Shown here piece after piece: positions 51,392-64,000 of a stretch of DNA of 64,000 nucleotides. The notes under the pieces were generated by a model. That model ran no database searches, was not told the DNA's origin, and was given only the letters and a program-made list of their open reading frames with translations. How positions within the stretch are numbered: position 1 is the stretch's first letter; each line of letters starts with the position of its first letter. Origin of the DNA: Azolla caroliniana (taxonomy: Eukaryota; Plantae; Polypodiophyta); assembly GCA_043228905.1 (NCBI GenBank), contig JBHGNT010000015.1, positions 10,974,001-11,038,000 on the forward strand. The letters run 5' to 3'. Both the position numbers and the translations under genes were made by a program.

Positions 51392-52870
51392 ATCCCTGAA
51401 GCTTATTTCGGGGAATACTTGGTGTTGGCAAAGGCATATCATACACAAGGCTTCCCGAACAAATTCTTTGGCGATCTGGCCAGAATTCTTTTGTTAGCTT
51501 TCAAGGCAAGGAAATGGTTCTTTCCTACTTTAGCACAGTACTTATTTGAGTTTTACCACCCCCCAATCCACTACCGCACCCTGCAGAACCCTCACCCTCC
51601 CCACCCCGCCGACCCAGGCGAAACAACAACGAGCTTTACAGTTAGCCCAAGAAGAATGACAAGATGATTCACCTGTCCAAACTACAGCCACGCCACGACC
51701 GACCAAAGATGCTAAGGCCCAGGAGCCTGAACAAAATATCACCATAAGAGGGTGCAAAAAACCGAAGTCATCTACCCTAGGGGAATGACCGAAATTCAAA
51801 ATGACCGAGCTTTACAATTAGCCCAGGAAGAATGGCAAGATGATTCACATGTCCGAACTCCAACCTTGGCCGAAAACCTCTAATTGGTGTCATTTCCGAG
51901 AAGACTGTCGATGTCATCCCGGACAAAGCCCTATCCTTGACAGAAATGTTGTCATTCAGGAACAAGCATCTTATGTCTCAAAAGAAGAAATGTTGTCATT
52001 ATAGTCCTATCAACTCGATGCGATTTTACAACACGGCATGGCATACGACATAATAGACTTCCTCGCTCGCCTCCAAATTGTTACCGCCACATGAATGGCA
52101 CAGGAACATGTCGAGTAGCAGATGATCCAGGGGGCGCTCATCAACGAGCTTGAATTGGACAAGGAGCCATAACTATAGAAAATCGGCTGAAAACGATAAA
52201 CTAAGAACTGTCGCACACGGATCAAACTACCTGAGCTCAACATGGCCCTAGTCAAAGGTTACCGAGAACTAGACAAGAGAACCCACGCAGCTAAAGATAT
52301 GGCGGCCATTAGCAAACATGCAAACCAACAGGCCAAGACGATCACAGAACTGTGGCAGGCTTCGGAAAGCCAGAGAGCCGAGCTTGAGCAATGGCTCAAA
52401 GAAACCGGGCAAACAAACCCTCCCACCCTTTTGACCATGTGGATGTGTCCACACACACCAAGGACACATACGACTCGATGTCGGCCACCTCAATGGCCGA
52501 GGTCCCTCCACCCAAGTACGAAGAGGAGCTCACGGTGCAATCTGCGATCACCGAGAAAGCGAAATAGTGTTATGAAGCGGCCAAAGCAAAAGTCGACCAA
52601 ATCCAGGAGCAAGCAGCCAAACGCCAAGTCAAACTCCAAGAACAGCTCGATGCACAAACAACCAAGGTCCAAGAAACTAAAGAAAATGTTGCACTAGCTC
52701 TTTGGGCAGCAAACGAAGCTTCTCCAGCCAAAATACATGAGATTGAGGAAGGATACCAACAGGTTGCGACCATTACAAATGACCAATTCAGCAGTCTCCT
52801 AAACGAGCATACGGAACTCCAAGAAAGTTTCAACCGGCAACTTGAAATGTTGGAAGAAGCGGTGTCGTGA
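51392..52870 (+). pseudogene. Degenerate retroelement accessory ORF with a coiled-coil C-terminus
   Basis: Fragments 51392-51667 and 52242-52870; internal ~55-bp duplication at about 51635 and 51811; no domain recognised. Confidence 0.4.
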
Positions 52871-52962
52871 AGGATTCCGGCCATAAAGAGAAACAGAGCC
52901 AAGTGTGCACGAACGGGTGTGTGCACCGATGCACACAAATCAAGTATTATGTACAAACATAA

Positions 52963-54794
52963 TGTAAATAGCTGTTTAGAATCAAGCTCAACTTGGTCTA
53001 GTGTGTGAACTCACGTTGAGAGTGAATAGACATTCCAACGGTCAAGAGTCACCATTAAGTCACCTCTTTGCATTCTAGAATTTAGTATGAGGCATAGAAT
53101 CATATTCTATGACACATAACTTATGAGCTTTCACATTCCCCATACTCCATGAGCCTTGTAGTTAATGAAGAGAGAGGGTGACTATATAAAGCACCCTCCT
53201 CCCACCTTGTATCATGTTGCGTCTTTCTCCTTTGTTAATATACTTAACCTTGCGTATACTCTGTGTGTGTGTGTGTCTCTCTATATATATATCTCATACA
53301 CACACACACAGTTCACACCTATTCCGCTTCACAAGAATCACCATTGATTCTTTACATGGTATCAGAGCGATTTGGTAGTTCGATCTAGCTCATTTGCCTC
53401 ATCGTGATCGTGTGTTGTGCTCCACGCCGATGACCAAGAACCGGCTCATCGCTAACGTAGCTTCGCTACATAGCTCGCATTCGAAGAGAGAAGAAGAAGA
53501 AGAAGAATCGACATAATGAATACTCAAATGGGGAGCGCTCTCCCTACCGAGAAGTTGGATCGAAACAACTTCGTATCTTGGGCGTACAAGATGCACCAAT
53601 ACCTTGTCGGACAAGGCTATTGGAGCTACATCAAAGGAGCGCATGAAGACCGACCCGTCGACACGGCTCCCGGATACGCGACATGGGAGCAAGCCGCAAG
53701 CCACGTGATGTATTGTTTGGCGACATGTGTTCAAGACCACATGCTCAGTTACATTCGAGAAGCCAAGACGCCGAAGAAAGCGTGGGAAAATCTACGAAAT
53801 ATTTTTGCCGCCAACACGACCGCGAGGAAGCTTCAACTCCACCAAGAGTTGAACAACATTCAACAAAGGGACATGTCCATCACAACATACACCTTGAAGA
53901 TCAAGGAGCTTTGTGACTTGCTCGGCTCAATAAGCATAATTATAGATTGTGATGAGATGGTGCAAATATGCCTCGGCGGCCTCGCACCACGGTTCGGCGC
54001 GATGCGAACCGCCGTTCTAGCACAGGAGAAATCTCCCTCCTTCTTCGAGCTCCAATCAATGCTATTGGTCGAAGAAAACCATGTGCGTACAAGGAGCAAT
54101 GAGTCGGAAGGCCACATGCTCTACACACTCTAACGGAGGAAGAGGACGCGGATGAGCGAGAGGCCGATTCGGCCTAAGGACAAGGCGGACGAGGTTCGAC
54201 CTACAACAACAACTCCCAATTTCGGCCGCAAAACGGAGGCCAACGAGGAACCTTCGCAAGAAGGGGAAGCTTCCACTCCGGCCCGAGTCGTCAAAACGCA
54301 ACCGAATGCGGATATTGCGGAAAGCTCGGCCACCACGAAGAAGAGTGCCGAAAGAAGATGCGTGAATCGGCTTCCACAAGCCGACAACTCACGAATTACG
54401 CACACAATTCCGACTACGAAGAGTATAGCGGAATGTATGAGAACAACTCCGACTACGAGGATGGTGGCGGAATGTATGCACGCAACTCCAACCGTGGTGG
54501 AATGTTCATGATGAAACATAGAGCAAACTCTATGTCGGTCTCTACCTCAACTAGTGCCTCCAGTCCGGAAGACGTATGGTTCGTCGATTCCGGTGCCTCG
54601 AACCATATGACATTGCATCAAGAATGGTTCCGAGAACTTCGAGATCCAGACCAACCCGGCTATGTCAAAACCGGAGATGACACTACGCACCCGATTTGGC
54701 ATATCGGCAATGTTCCGTTCGGCAAAGAAGGTAAGCAAAATTACATTAAAAATGTCTTGCATGTACCAACCATTATGAAGAATTTAGTCTCCGT
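52963..54794 (+). mobile_element. Copia 5' half: LTR 52963-53356, PBS-iMet 53357-53368, gag, protease; truncated
   Basis: TGTAAA...TTTACA LTR, TGGTATCAGAGC, gag EKLDRNNF..W, CGYCGKLGH knuckle, WFVDSGASNHMT, LHVPTIMKNLVSV. Confidence 0.92.
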
Positions 54795-54827
54795 CCTAAA
54801 CCCTAAACCCCTAAAACCTAAACCCTA
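54795..54827 (+). repeat. Short interstitial telomeric tract, about 4.5 CCCTAAA units
   Basis: CCTAAACCCTAAACCCCTAAAACCTAAACCCTA exactly at the junction of two truncated elements. Confidence 0.88.
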
Positions 54828-57800
54828 CTATCGGGAAGTCCATGATGCCGACATACTTCACGCATGATAATTTCAGCGGTGTCTTCACTAGAGATTTCCT
54901 TAGTACATGGCGAGAAATGAGCCATCTTCATATATCGATCTACCACTGTTAAAATCGCATTGAACCCCTTAGAGACTGGAAGATCTGTGATGAAGTCGAG
55001 AGCAATGGATTGCCACGGCTTGCTTGGAATTGGTAATGGTTCTAATAAACCATATGGATGATGCCTTGGCATTTTCGCTCTGCAGCATGTATCACAAGTC
55101 CGAACAAAATCTTCGACAAATTGTCGCATATGGGGCCAACAGAATGATTGTTGTACTAAATCTAATGTTTTAGTACTACCAAAATGCCCAGTTGTATATG
55201 TGTCATGACAGTTTTGTACTACTCGAAGGCGGCAAGAACCATTAGGAACATACAAAAGTTCTTTACAGAAGAGTAATCCATCATGGTATTTGAATTGCCG
55301 ATTGTCCGTGCCTGGTGGTTGTGACTGTGAACACGACGCTCGACAGGGATCAATTTGTGCTAGTATAGCTTGGGCGAAAGCATCTGTCTTCAGGTCCGCA
55401 CGTATGATATTGATAACGTGGGAATCCATGGGCATGCCAAAAACCTGTGTTGCTTGCAGTCGTGTCGGCCCCAAGATTACTTGCTTTTGGTTATCGAAAG
55501 CCGGCTCGCCGGGACGCGGTGTTAGATATGAATGTCGTGATAATGCATCTGCCTTCCCTTGGTGCTTCCCCAGACGATATGTAATTTTGAAGTCGAAACG
55601 CATGAGGAAGTGGGCCCACCGAGCTTGACGTCGATTTAACACACGAGCATCCTGAAAGTAGGCAAGGTTTTTATGGTCACTGAATACAGTGACTTGATGA
55701 GAGGATCCCTCTAAAAACTGCCTCCATTGCATAAACGAGTCCACTATTGCCAATAGCTCCTTATCATGAATTTCGTAATTGATTTCGATGGCGTCAAACT
55801 TGCATGAGTGAAAAGCCACAAGATGTAGCTTCTCATCATGACCCCGTTGTGACAGAATGCTTCCCAATGCGAAATCTGATGCGTCAGCTTCGATAATGAA
55901 TGGTTGTTCCGGATCGACATGAGCTAGAATTGGAGCCGATGTAAATGCCTTTTTAAGACTCTGGAAAGCCATATCTGCTTCTTCAGACCAAATGAACAAT
56001 TGTCCCTTCCTGGTAAGCTGTGTGAGAGGCAGAACGAGTTTTGAGTAATCTTGTATAAACTTCCGGTAAAAATTGGCAAATCCTAAAAAGCATTGCACAT
56101 CCCGCAGCGCGGAGCCTACCATTCTACCACCGTCTTGACCTTAGCTGGGTCCCTGGAGATGCCTTCTGATGAAATGATGTAGCCGAGAAATTCCACCTAG
56201 TTGCACCCGAAACTACATTTTTCTAGCTTTGCGTAAAGACCATGTTCTCGAAGTCATTTTAGTACTAATAGTACATGAGAATCATGCTCTTCTTCGGTCT
56301 TTGAATAAACCAGTAGATCATCCAAGTAGATGATCAGACACACATCCAAGAGATCTCGGAATATATCATTTGCCATGTGTTGGAAGACTGATGGCGCATT
56401 AGTGAGACCGAACGGCATGACCGTAAACTCGAAGTGCCCATATCTAGTGCGGAACACGGTTTTCCATTCATCTCCTGGTCGGATCCGTACGAGTTTATAG
56501 GCCATTGATCCGTTCTAAAAGACTTGAGATAAGGGGAAGTGCATACCTATTGCAGATTGTAACTTTATTCAAGCCACGGTAATCTATCACCAGACAAAGT
56601 GAGCCATCCTTTTTCTTGACGAAGAAAATGGGTGCGCCGGTTGGAGATTTCGAATGTCGAATGAATCCATTCTCCAAATTCTCCTCTATATAGGGTCGAA
56701 GGACTTCTAGCTCGGTTGGTGACAAATTGTAGATCGGTCCCCATGGTGGCTCTTTCCCCGGTTGTAAATCGATGGGGCAATCATATGGTCGATGGTGAGG
56801 AAGCGTATTGGCTCGTACTTTATCGAATACATCGGCATAATGATGATACTTCTTTGGAAGTTGAACGGTGGACTCCTCTTTAATGGTATCAGAGGGTTTT
56901 AGTGATATTGCGAAGAGAAACATTTCTTCCTTGCATCCTTCTTCCCGCAACTGATGTAGTGAAATGGTGGCAATCTTCTAAGTAGATCCTCGGGTTTGTC
57001 AACACTGGATTTCTCTTGTTCTCCAATCTATGTCTGGGTTATGCAACTTGAACCATGGTAATCCCAAAACGATGGGATGTTTTGGGATACTAATAATGTT
57101 AAATGATACTACACATGGTTAGTTATCTAGGACAATATTAACGGGTTCTGACTCTTCTATGATATTTCCGGAAGCAATGGGACGACCATCAATGACGACT
57201 ACAGAGGCTGGACATGGGAGTTTTCTAAGAGATATATGATGAGCTTGGGCAAAATTCCTATCCATAAAGCAAGAATTAGCTCCGGAGTCTAGAAGTGCTA
57301 AGACGTGTACTGGAGGAGTACTTTTAGTACTAACTGTTACTTGGGCTACGAACACATTGCTAACTTGCTTAGAGGGAATGGAACCACTAATGGGTTGCAC
57401 AGATCTAGGGTTGTCCAACCAAACATCTCCTATTTTGGTTGGACTTAGTCGTTTAACTCTTCTTCTAACTGACTAAGGACATCAAATTTGTTCGCTAGAT
57501 ATAGGCTATTAGTACTATTAGTACTATCAGATATCCCTATTGTAATAGGCTCAGGTTTAGTACAATTAGAACTAGCAACTATTTGGTTTACCTATCTTCT
57601 TGGCCTATGGGGACAATTTATTGCAATGTGTCCTGGTCCACCGCAGTAGAGACATAGTCGATTTGTTCGGCGTCACTGTTTTTCTTCTTCGGATAATGGT
57701 CCTCGACGACATGTAGTGTCAATCTCCATCGGAGTCGGAGTATTCACTGGAGGCACATTATAGTACTCCCTGGGTAAAGGTTTTGCTACCATTGAGGCGT

Positions 57801-59123
57801 AGGTGGGCTCTGATCTTGCCCTTGGCATCTGTAGTTGTCGTTCCGAACGTCACTCAAAGAGGCGGTTATCACATCTCACCGCGCGACTGATTGCTTATGT
57901 TAAGGACTTTGGCTCTTCAAGGAAAGTCAAGAGTAAATCCTTGAAATCGTTGTGTAAACCATAACGAAATTGCCCCATCAACGCTTGATCATCCCAAGGG
58001 ATGTCAACGGCGAGTAGGCGGAAATCTGCAGCGTATGCGGAGGCTGGACGGTCTCCTTGGCGTAATCACCGGATTTTGTTGATTGCGGTCCTTATGCTGT
58101 CAATATCCCCAAAGGATGCTTTAAACTCTTCAAAGTTGTTGAGTAATGGAGACTCCTTTTCCAACAGTGGAGTGAACCATGCCAACGTTGAGCCACTTAA
58201 CAACGTCCCTACTAAACCCACTCATGATGCATCGGTAGGATATCGGGAAGGATGCATTTGAATAACTAATCGTACTTGATTAAGGAACCCTCTAAACTGC
58301 GATCATGTTCCATCGAACTTCGTGGGAAGGCCAATCTTGGGTTCCTTATGAATCCCTTGTGTTCCGGGGCCTTGTTGTTGCATCGCTACGATGGTTGCTT
58401 CGAGTTGTTGCACGCATAATGCAAGTTCCGCATGTTGTTGTTGTGTTTGTTGCTTTTCTAAGGAGATTTGTTGAAGATCCCCCAGCAACCGTTGATTTTC
58501 TTGTTCCAAAGAAAGGAACTTCTCTTTCAAGCATTGAAACTCCGAGAAAACAGATTGATATTCTTGGGCGTTAACTGTGGCCATGGGATGAAAAGAAAAG
58601 AGGAATAAGAGATTAGTATGAAGGGAGAGAGACAGAAGGGAAAATTGGTTCAAACTGTCAGGAATAGTACTAAATAGAGAGAGGATTAGTACTAAACAGA
58701 GAGAATTAGTACTAGAGAAGGGAAGTACTATTAGAAATAAGAGGACGGGACTACGTAAGACTCCCGAGAGAGGAAGAGAGAAGAGGAGAGAGAGAGAGAG
58801 ATAGCGAGGATGAGAGAGAGAAAGAGATGATGATAACAGATTATATATTATAAGAAGAGCAAGTACAAAAGGGCTATGAGGCTAAAGACTGGCGTTGAAC
58901 CAATTTGGTTCAACATAATGCCTAGTGCCCTCTTTTATAGTGTTCTGAGGAGTAATCCTGAAGCTTCTAGAATGTTCCAGAGAAATCTGGAATATATATT
59001 AATTTCCTAGAATAAAATGTAAATAAAAATAATATCCTACGTATTACAATAGATGATATAATGGTCAAGAGCTTGACCCATATAACCTAAGGTCATGGGT
59101 TCGAGTCTTGCCATATCAGGACA
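54828..59123 (-). mobile_element. Tcn1-like chromovirus: 5' LTR 58656-59123, gag-PR-RT-RH-partial INT; truncated
   Basis: gag [46 protein letters not shown] and [21 protein letters not shown]; LTR ends TGTCA...GGACA. Confidence 0.93.
58642..58653 (-). other. Self-priming PBS, complementary to the LTR R start at 58895-58906
   Basis: PBS TTGAACCAATTT pairs 12/12 with AAATTGGTTCAA, located 33 nt after TATAAAA in the LTR; no TGG tRNA-type PBS. Confidence 0.82.
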
Positions 59124-61717
59124 ATAATTGGGCCCCTACACTAATCCCCAAATATATTCCCTCACGGAATATATGTTCAACGGCCTCCCGGTTTCTCCAC
59201 CGATCCGGCCTCTTGTTGCGTATCGGTTTACGCACTGATCCAGCCAATGTTGAGCTTGTATCTCAACACTCCCCCTCAAGCTCAACTTGAGGCTCTTCTG
59301 GTCCTTCTCTCTGGTTTCTCTTGACTTCACGCCTCGCTCGCGCTCCTCGATCCTTACGGTCGGCTTGTCTGCTCGTGCGGCCTATTCTAGCTCCCTTGTT
59401 GTCACGGTGTTGGTGCCTCTTCTGCTAGCCTTTCTTCCGCTTGGCCTTTAGTTGATACGGCTTCTACAAATCAAACATCCGAGCCGAATTGGTTGCCTCC
59501 GATTTGTCTCCACTTTTGTCCGAATTGGCGGTCTCCAATTCGTCCTCAATCTTGGCCTCCTCGCCCTTGGTGGCTTCATTTCCCCCATGTTTGGCTGGCT
59601 CCGGCTCTTTCTTTCGGCTGTTGCCCTCTTGTCCGCTTCCAGACTCTTCCGTGGATCCGCCTTTGGCTTCTTCAGCCGACATCAAATCGAATTCATCATC
59701 CAACTTCATGTCACGGTCACTTCCGCTCCTTTCCGTGGTCAAGGTGCACCCGAGAATTGCTGCAACTTGTCCAGACCAAGGGGCTTAGTGAAAATGTCGG
59801 CGGTTTGCTAATCCGTCGAAACATATAAGTTGACCTTCACCAAAGAGGATACCCTAACGGACAAAGTGGTAGTGCACCTCAATGTGCTTAGTTCGGGCGT
59901 GGAAGATGGGGTTCTTTGCAAGTTGGATGCTATTGAGGTTGTCGCAGTAGATCGTCGTCGGATTGGACACCTCCACCAGCAGATCCTTAAGTAGCCGCTT
60001 CAGCCATATGGCTTCGCATGTTGCGACAGCCGCTCCTCGATACTCAGCCTCTGTGCTCGACAGTGCAACAGTCGGCTGCTTCTTGCTACTCCACACGATC
60101 ACGGCGCTCCCAAGGGAGAACGTGAATCCAGATGTGGATTGGCGATCGCCAGCATTTCTGGCACAATCGGTGTCTGTATAGACGACTAGTCGCGCGGCAG
60201 TCCGGTCCAATATAGTAGCCCCCGGTCCTTAGTGCCACTGACGTACGTGAGTACGCGTTGCACGCACTGAAGGTGCTCCTCGGTTGGCAGTGCCATGAAC
60301 TGACTAATCAAGCCGACCGGGTAACTGAGGTCCGGCCAGGTGATAGTCAAGTAAATGAGGCTTCCGACAATCTATCGGAACCTTTTCAGGTCACAAACCT
60401 TGCCGGAGTCGGGGCGAAGCTTCACGGTTCTATCGAGAGGAGTTGAGACGGACTTACAGGCTTCCATCCCGAACTTGAAGAGCATACTCAGCACGTAATG
60501 CCATTTGCTGATCAGTATGCCATCGGGGGTTCGGATCACTTCAATCCCGAGAAAGTAATGAGGATCCCCTAGGTCCTTCATATCAAATGATGCCGCAAGC
60601 TGGAGCTTTATGCAGTCAATTTCACCTAGGTCGACGCCGACGATCACCAAGTCATCAACATAAAGTAAAATACTAACCGGCCCAAGTTGACCTTGCCGGA
60701 TGAACAATGAAGAGTCCGATTTGGATGTCGCAAATCCCATCTGACGCAATTGCTACGTGATCTTCGCGTTCCAGGCACACGGGGCTTGCTTTAGTTCGTA
60801 AAGGGACTTCTTCAACCGGCATACCGCCGAAGAGTTCGTTCCGGAGTGAAATCCAGGGGTTGTAACATGTACACTTGTTCCTCAAGCTCTCCTTGCAAGA
60901 ACGCATTCTTTACATCCATCTAATGTAAGTGCCACCCCTTCGCCATAGCTACCGCAAGCAAAACACGGACGGTCATCATCTTTGCGATCGGCGCAAACGT
61001 CTCATTGTAATCGATGTCGTGTTGCTGCGCGTAGCCTTTTGCTACTAATCGGGCCTTGTATCGGTTGACCGAGCCGTCGGTGTTGTACTTGACCTTGTAC
61101 ACCCACCTGCATCCAATCGGCTTTACACCCTTCGGGGCGTCAACCAGGCCCAGTTTTCATTCTCCGCAAGTGCGTTCATCTCTTCTTCCATGACGGCATG
61201 CCAATTTGCGTCCTTTGCCGCTATTGCGTAGCTCTCTGGCTCATGCACTTCCACTACACGTGCCATGTACGCATAGTGATGCACCATGGACTCGTTGTAT
61301 CTAAACCGCACAACAGGGTTCTTCTGGTGGGTGGATCAACATAACTTATCATTACCCGGTTTGGGGCCCTTCTTGGCCGGTTCGGACTTCGTTCCCGAAG
61401 ATCCGCCTTCATCCTTTTTGGAGTCATAGTCGCTTTGATCCGACTCAATGTTCCCGATGTCATATTTTGGCATCTTCTTCTTCCCCTTCTCTTTGCGCGT
61501 GAACCGTCTCCTCAGTTCCTTGTGCGGGGAGAGCACGACAGAGTCTCCACTACTCGCCGGTTCTTCATCCGACTAGTCATCCCGACTCAGCTACTACTTC
61601 GGCCCACTTAGCCGGAATGAGATCAGACTCACTTCTAGAGTGTCGTCTTCACGTTCACCAGGAGGCATCTCAGCCTTGCTGACCTCATCTTCAGAACTCG
61701 GATTGGAGTTGAGGTCC
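59124..61717 (-). mobile_element. Copia 3' half: RT, RNaseH, acidic 3' ORF, PPT and partial 3' LTR (59124-59268)
   Basis: [36 protein letters not shown]; PPT CTTGAGGGGGAG at 59269-59280 precedes TGTTGAG. Confidence 0.92.
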
Positions 61718-64000
61718 TGTTGTTGGGGTGGGGGGTGAAGCCTAGAATGCCTTCACCCCCCCTCCCAAGGGGATTACAATAGAGAGAGCTAAGGAGAGTG
61801 AGAATACAAGATGACACCAAAAATGAGGGGAAAAAACTATATCCAGTACTTGCCCCATAAGGGGTTTATAAAATACATAATGTAACAGTAAATAATGACC
61901 GTTACAAAAGAGACGACCGTTACACTCTTGTCACATGCACATAATTGTGCATGTGCACACACATACTCATCCTCACACTCATATACATTACACATACCAA
62001 ACAACCCCTTTAATGTGTTTTACCCTTATACTGCCTCGTACAACTCCTACGGGTAACACATGGCACGCCTGTGGGACAGTGCATCGCACGGTGAACCCAC
62101 TCGCTATGGCAACTATTAACGACCGGAACTCCATCGGTCGTCTCAACAATCGGAAATCCATCAACTGGATCATAGCTCTAAGATCGATAACTTCGATCGG
62201 AGCATTGCTAGACTCAAACCTTCTCGTTCGGTCAGCATGTCGCTCAATTGGATCACACACCAATTGGCTCCTCAATTGCGGCATGGGCCTTTCATGATTC
62301 TGTTACATGTATGTGTATTTTTCGGTTACGTCATGTGAATTGAGCTATGGTGGCGACGGCTATTGCGACGGCATCCAATTTATCATTTGGTCTGGTACCT
62401 GGTCTTGTAATGAGCTATGATGGTAGTCATGGTATTTAGATCCTCCATAAAATGGAATAAACTTTGTTGGTGACCACGGAAATTCATAGCCTCTGTGTGT
62501 ATCAATGGCTTCAAGCTGCCGAAGGGAGATCCGTAACCACAGAGTGACCATGTGACCAGGAACCAAAGCAAGACAAACAAAGGAAGGCAACCCTAACAGC
62601 AAAATCTCCACCCGGTGTGCGTAAGGAGCAGCAAAGCTGATGGGTGCAGTATACTCATGATTCATGTAGTGGATGTTATTGTATCCCCATTTAGAATGAA
62701 GCCATCTATGAATCCAATAGTTACCATAATCCTCCAACAGAAAGTAGAATGTAATTTGAGCAACTATATCCCATAATGAGGGAAGCAGAAGGCTAGTCCG
62801 AATGCCAATGAGCTTGACAAGAGGGTAGGACAAAATAGAGGGTTGGATCTTGAAACCGTGGAAACATGATCATCGTGATCATGATCAACAAGAAGAGCAT
62901 GAGATTTGTTAGGGGTGAGAGAATGGGGATTTGGGAAGAAGAGATCGAGGAGGAGGGTAGGGATGAATATGGCATTGACATTGATGCGCACGCACCTCCT
63001 CCACCACCACGGCCCTTGTTCAAAGATTTCTCATAGTAGTGTGGGGCTTCTATGCAGGCTGCACTTTCCGAGATTTCTACTGTTGCTGCTTCTTCTTTAT
63101 CTACACTGATTCAGCAGTCAGGGCATCACCGTCACAGTGATGGTGATGGTGATGATGATCTGCAGAGGAAGAAGACGATGATGGTTGTTTGTTTTGTTGG
63201 TGATGATGATGAGAGGAGAGGAACGCAAGTGCACAAGGAAGACCTCATGGATCTGTTGGTGGTGGCCACCATAGTTTTCTATCACTGACATTTCTTCTGC
63301 ACATTCCTCCACGTTATCTCCACAAAGAGCAGGAGGAGAAGTCTAGGTCTCTTATAGGCAGAAGGTATCTATTACATCATGGTGGATGATTCTTCTTCTT
63401 ATCTGCCTTCTACAGCAGCTGCTACCGCTTCCTTCCTTCGACTCAATGGTGCCAAAACTTGAGCTCTCTATCTCTCCACACCCACACCCACACCCACAGA
63501 GCTTACACATACACAGACACAAAGATGTAGAGAGAAACAGTAAGGGATAGACTTGGATACGACATAAAGCTTTTCCCTTCAGGGAGTAGACATAGACAAA
63601 TACTCAGAGAGGGAGAATGCAGGATAAACTTCCTCTCAAAGGAACAATGTAACACAGATACTGACACAGAGACAAAGATATAGAGATTAGTAATGGAGAG
63701 GGAGAGAGTGACTTCTTCTCAAGGGAGGTAGTCCCACCCTGCGTGCCAAAAGTGTTGTTGGGTGGGGGGGTGAAGCCTAGAAAGGCTTCACCCCCCCTCC
63801 CAAGGGGATTACAATAGAGAGAGCTAAGGAGAGTGAGAATACAAGATGACACCAAAAATGAGGGGAAAAAACTATATCCATTACTTGCCCCATAAGGGGT
63901 TTATATAATACATAATTTAACGGTAAATAATGACCGTTACAAAAGAGACGACCGTTACACTCTTGTCACATGCACATAATTGTGCATGTGCACACACATA
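61718..64000 (-). mobile_element. Short non-autonomous (TRIM-like) LTR element with captured gene fragments
   Basis: Direct repeats start at 61718 and 63753 (TGTTGTTGG...); left LTR ends at about 62003; PBS TGGCACGCAGGGTGGGACT (63730-63748) resembles the tRNA-Arg(UCU) 3' end; no pol. Confidence 0.85.
62415..62835 (-). pseudogene. SMO1: Intronless fragment of sterol 4-alpha-methyl oxidase (fatty-acid hydroxylase superfamily)
   Basis: YFLLEDYGNYWIHRWLH, HEYTAPISFAAPYAH, LRQLEAIDTH.GYEFPWSPTKFIPFYGG..YHDYHH; both termini missing; second His box altered (HYMNH). Confidence 0.88.

Noticed and set aside
52963-61717. The two Copia halves as one inverted element
   Set aside because: Their LTRs differ (TGTAAATAGC versus TGTTGAGATAC), so they are separate insertions.
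62360-62833. Functional host SMO1 gene
   Set aside because: Truncated at both ends, a His box is altered, and it lies inside an LTR element.

Overview
Eukaryotic, almost certainly land-plant, transposon-saturated DNA; Tcn1-like chromoviruses and plant-type tRNA primer sites point to a non-seed plant such as a fern, lycophyte or moss (inference). No intact host gene is visible. The window is a nest of decayed LTR retrotransposons: three Copia pieces, two Tcn1-like chromovirus pieces, two Athila/Tat-like Gypsy elements, one complete 7.0-kb tRNA-Trp-primed Gypsy, and a short non-autonomous LTR element carrying an intronless sterol 4-alpha-methyl oxidase fragment. It also holds two DNA transposons. 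One is a hAT with an 8-bp TSD. The other, the most striking feature, is a complete 11.7-kb Sola2-like element (30414-42144; 25-bp TIRs, GGG..CCC ends, ATAA TSD) with an open spliced transposase of about 863 aa and a convergent multi-exon cargo gene (RING-like plus FCP1/NIF-like domain). Each gene has a ~1.66-kb intron built almost entirely from the 14-bp palindrome TAGCTAATTAGCTA, the same motif that sits next to both TIRs. Family names come from recalled motifs, not database searches.
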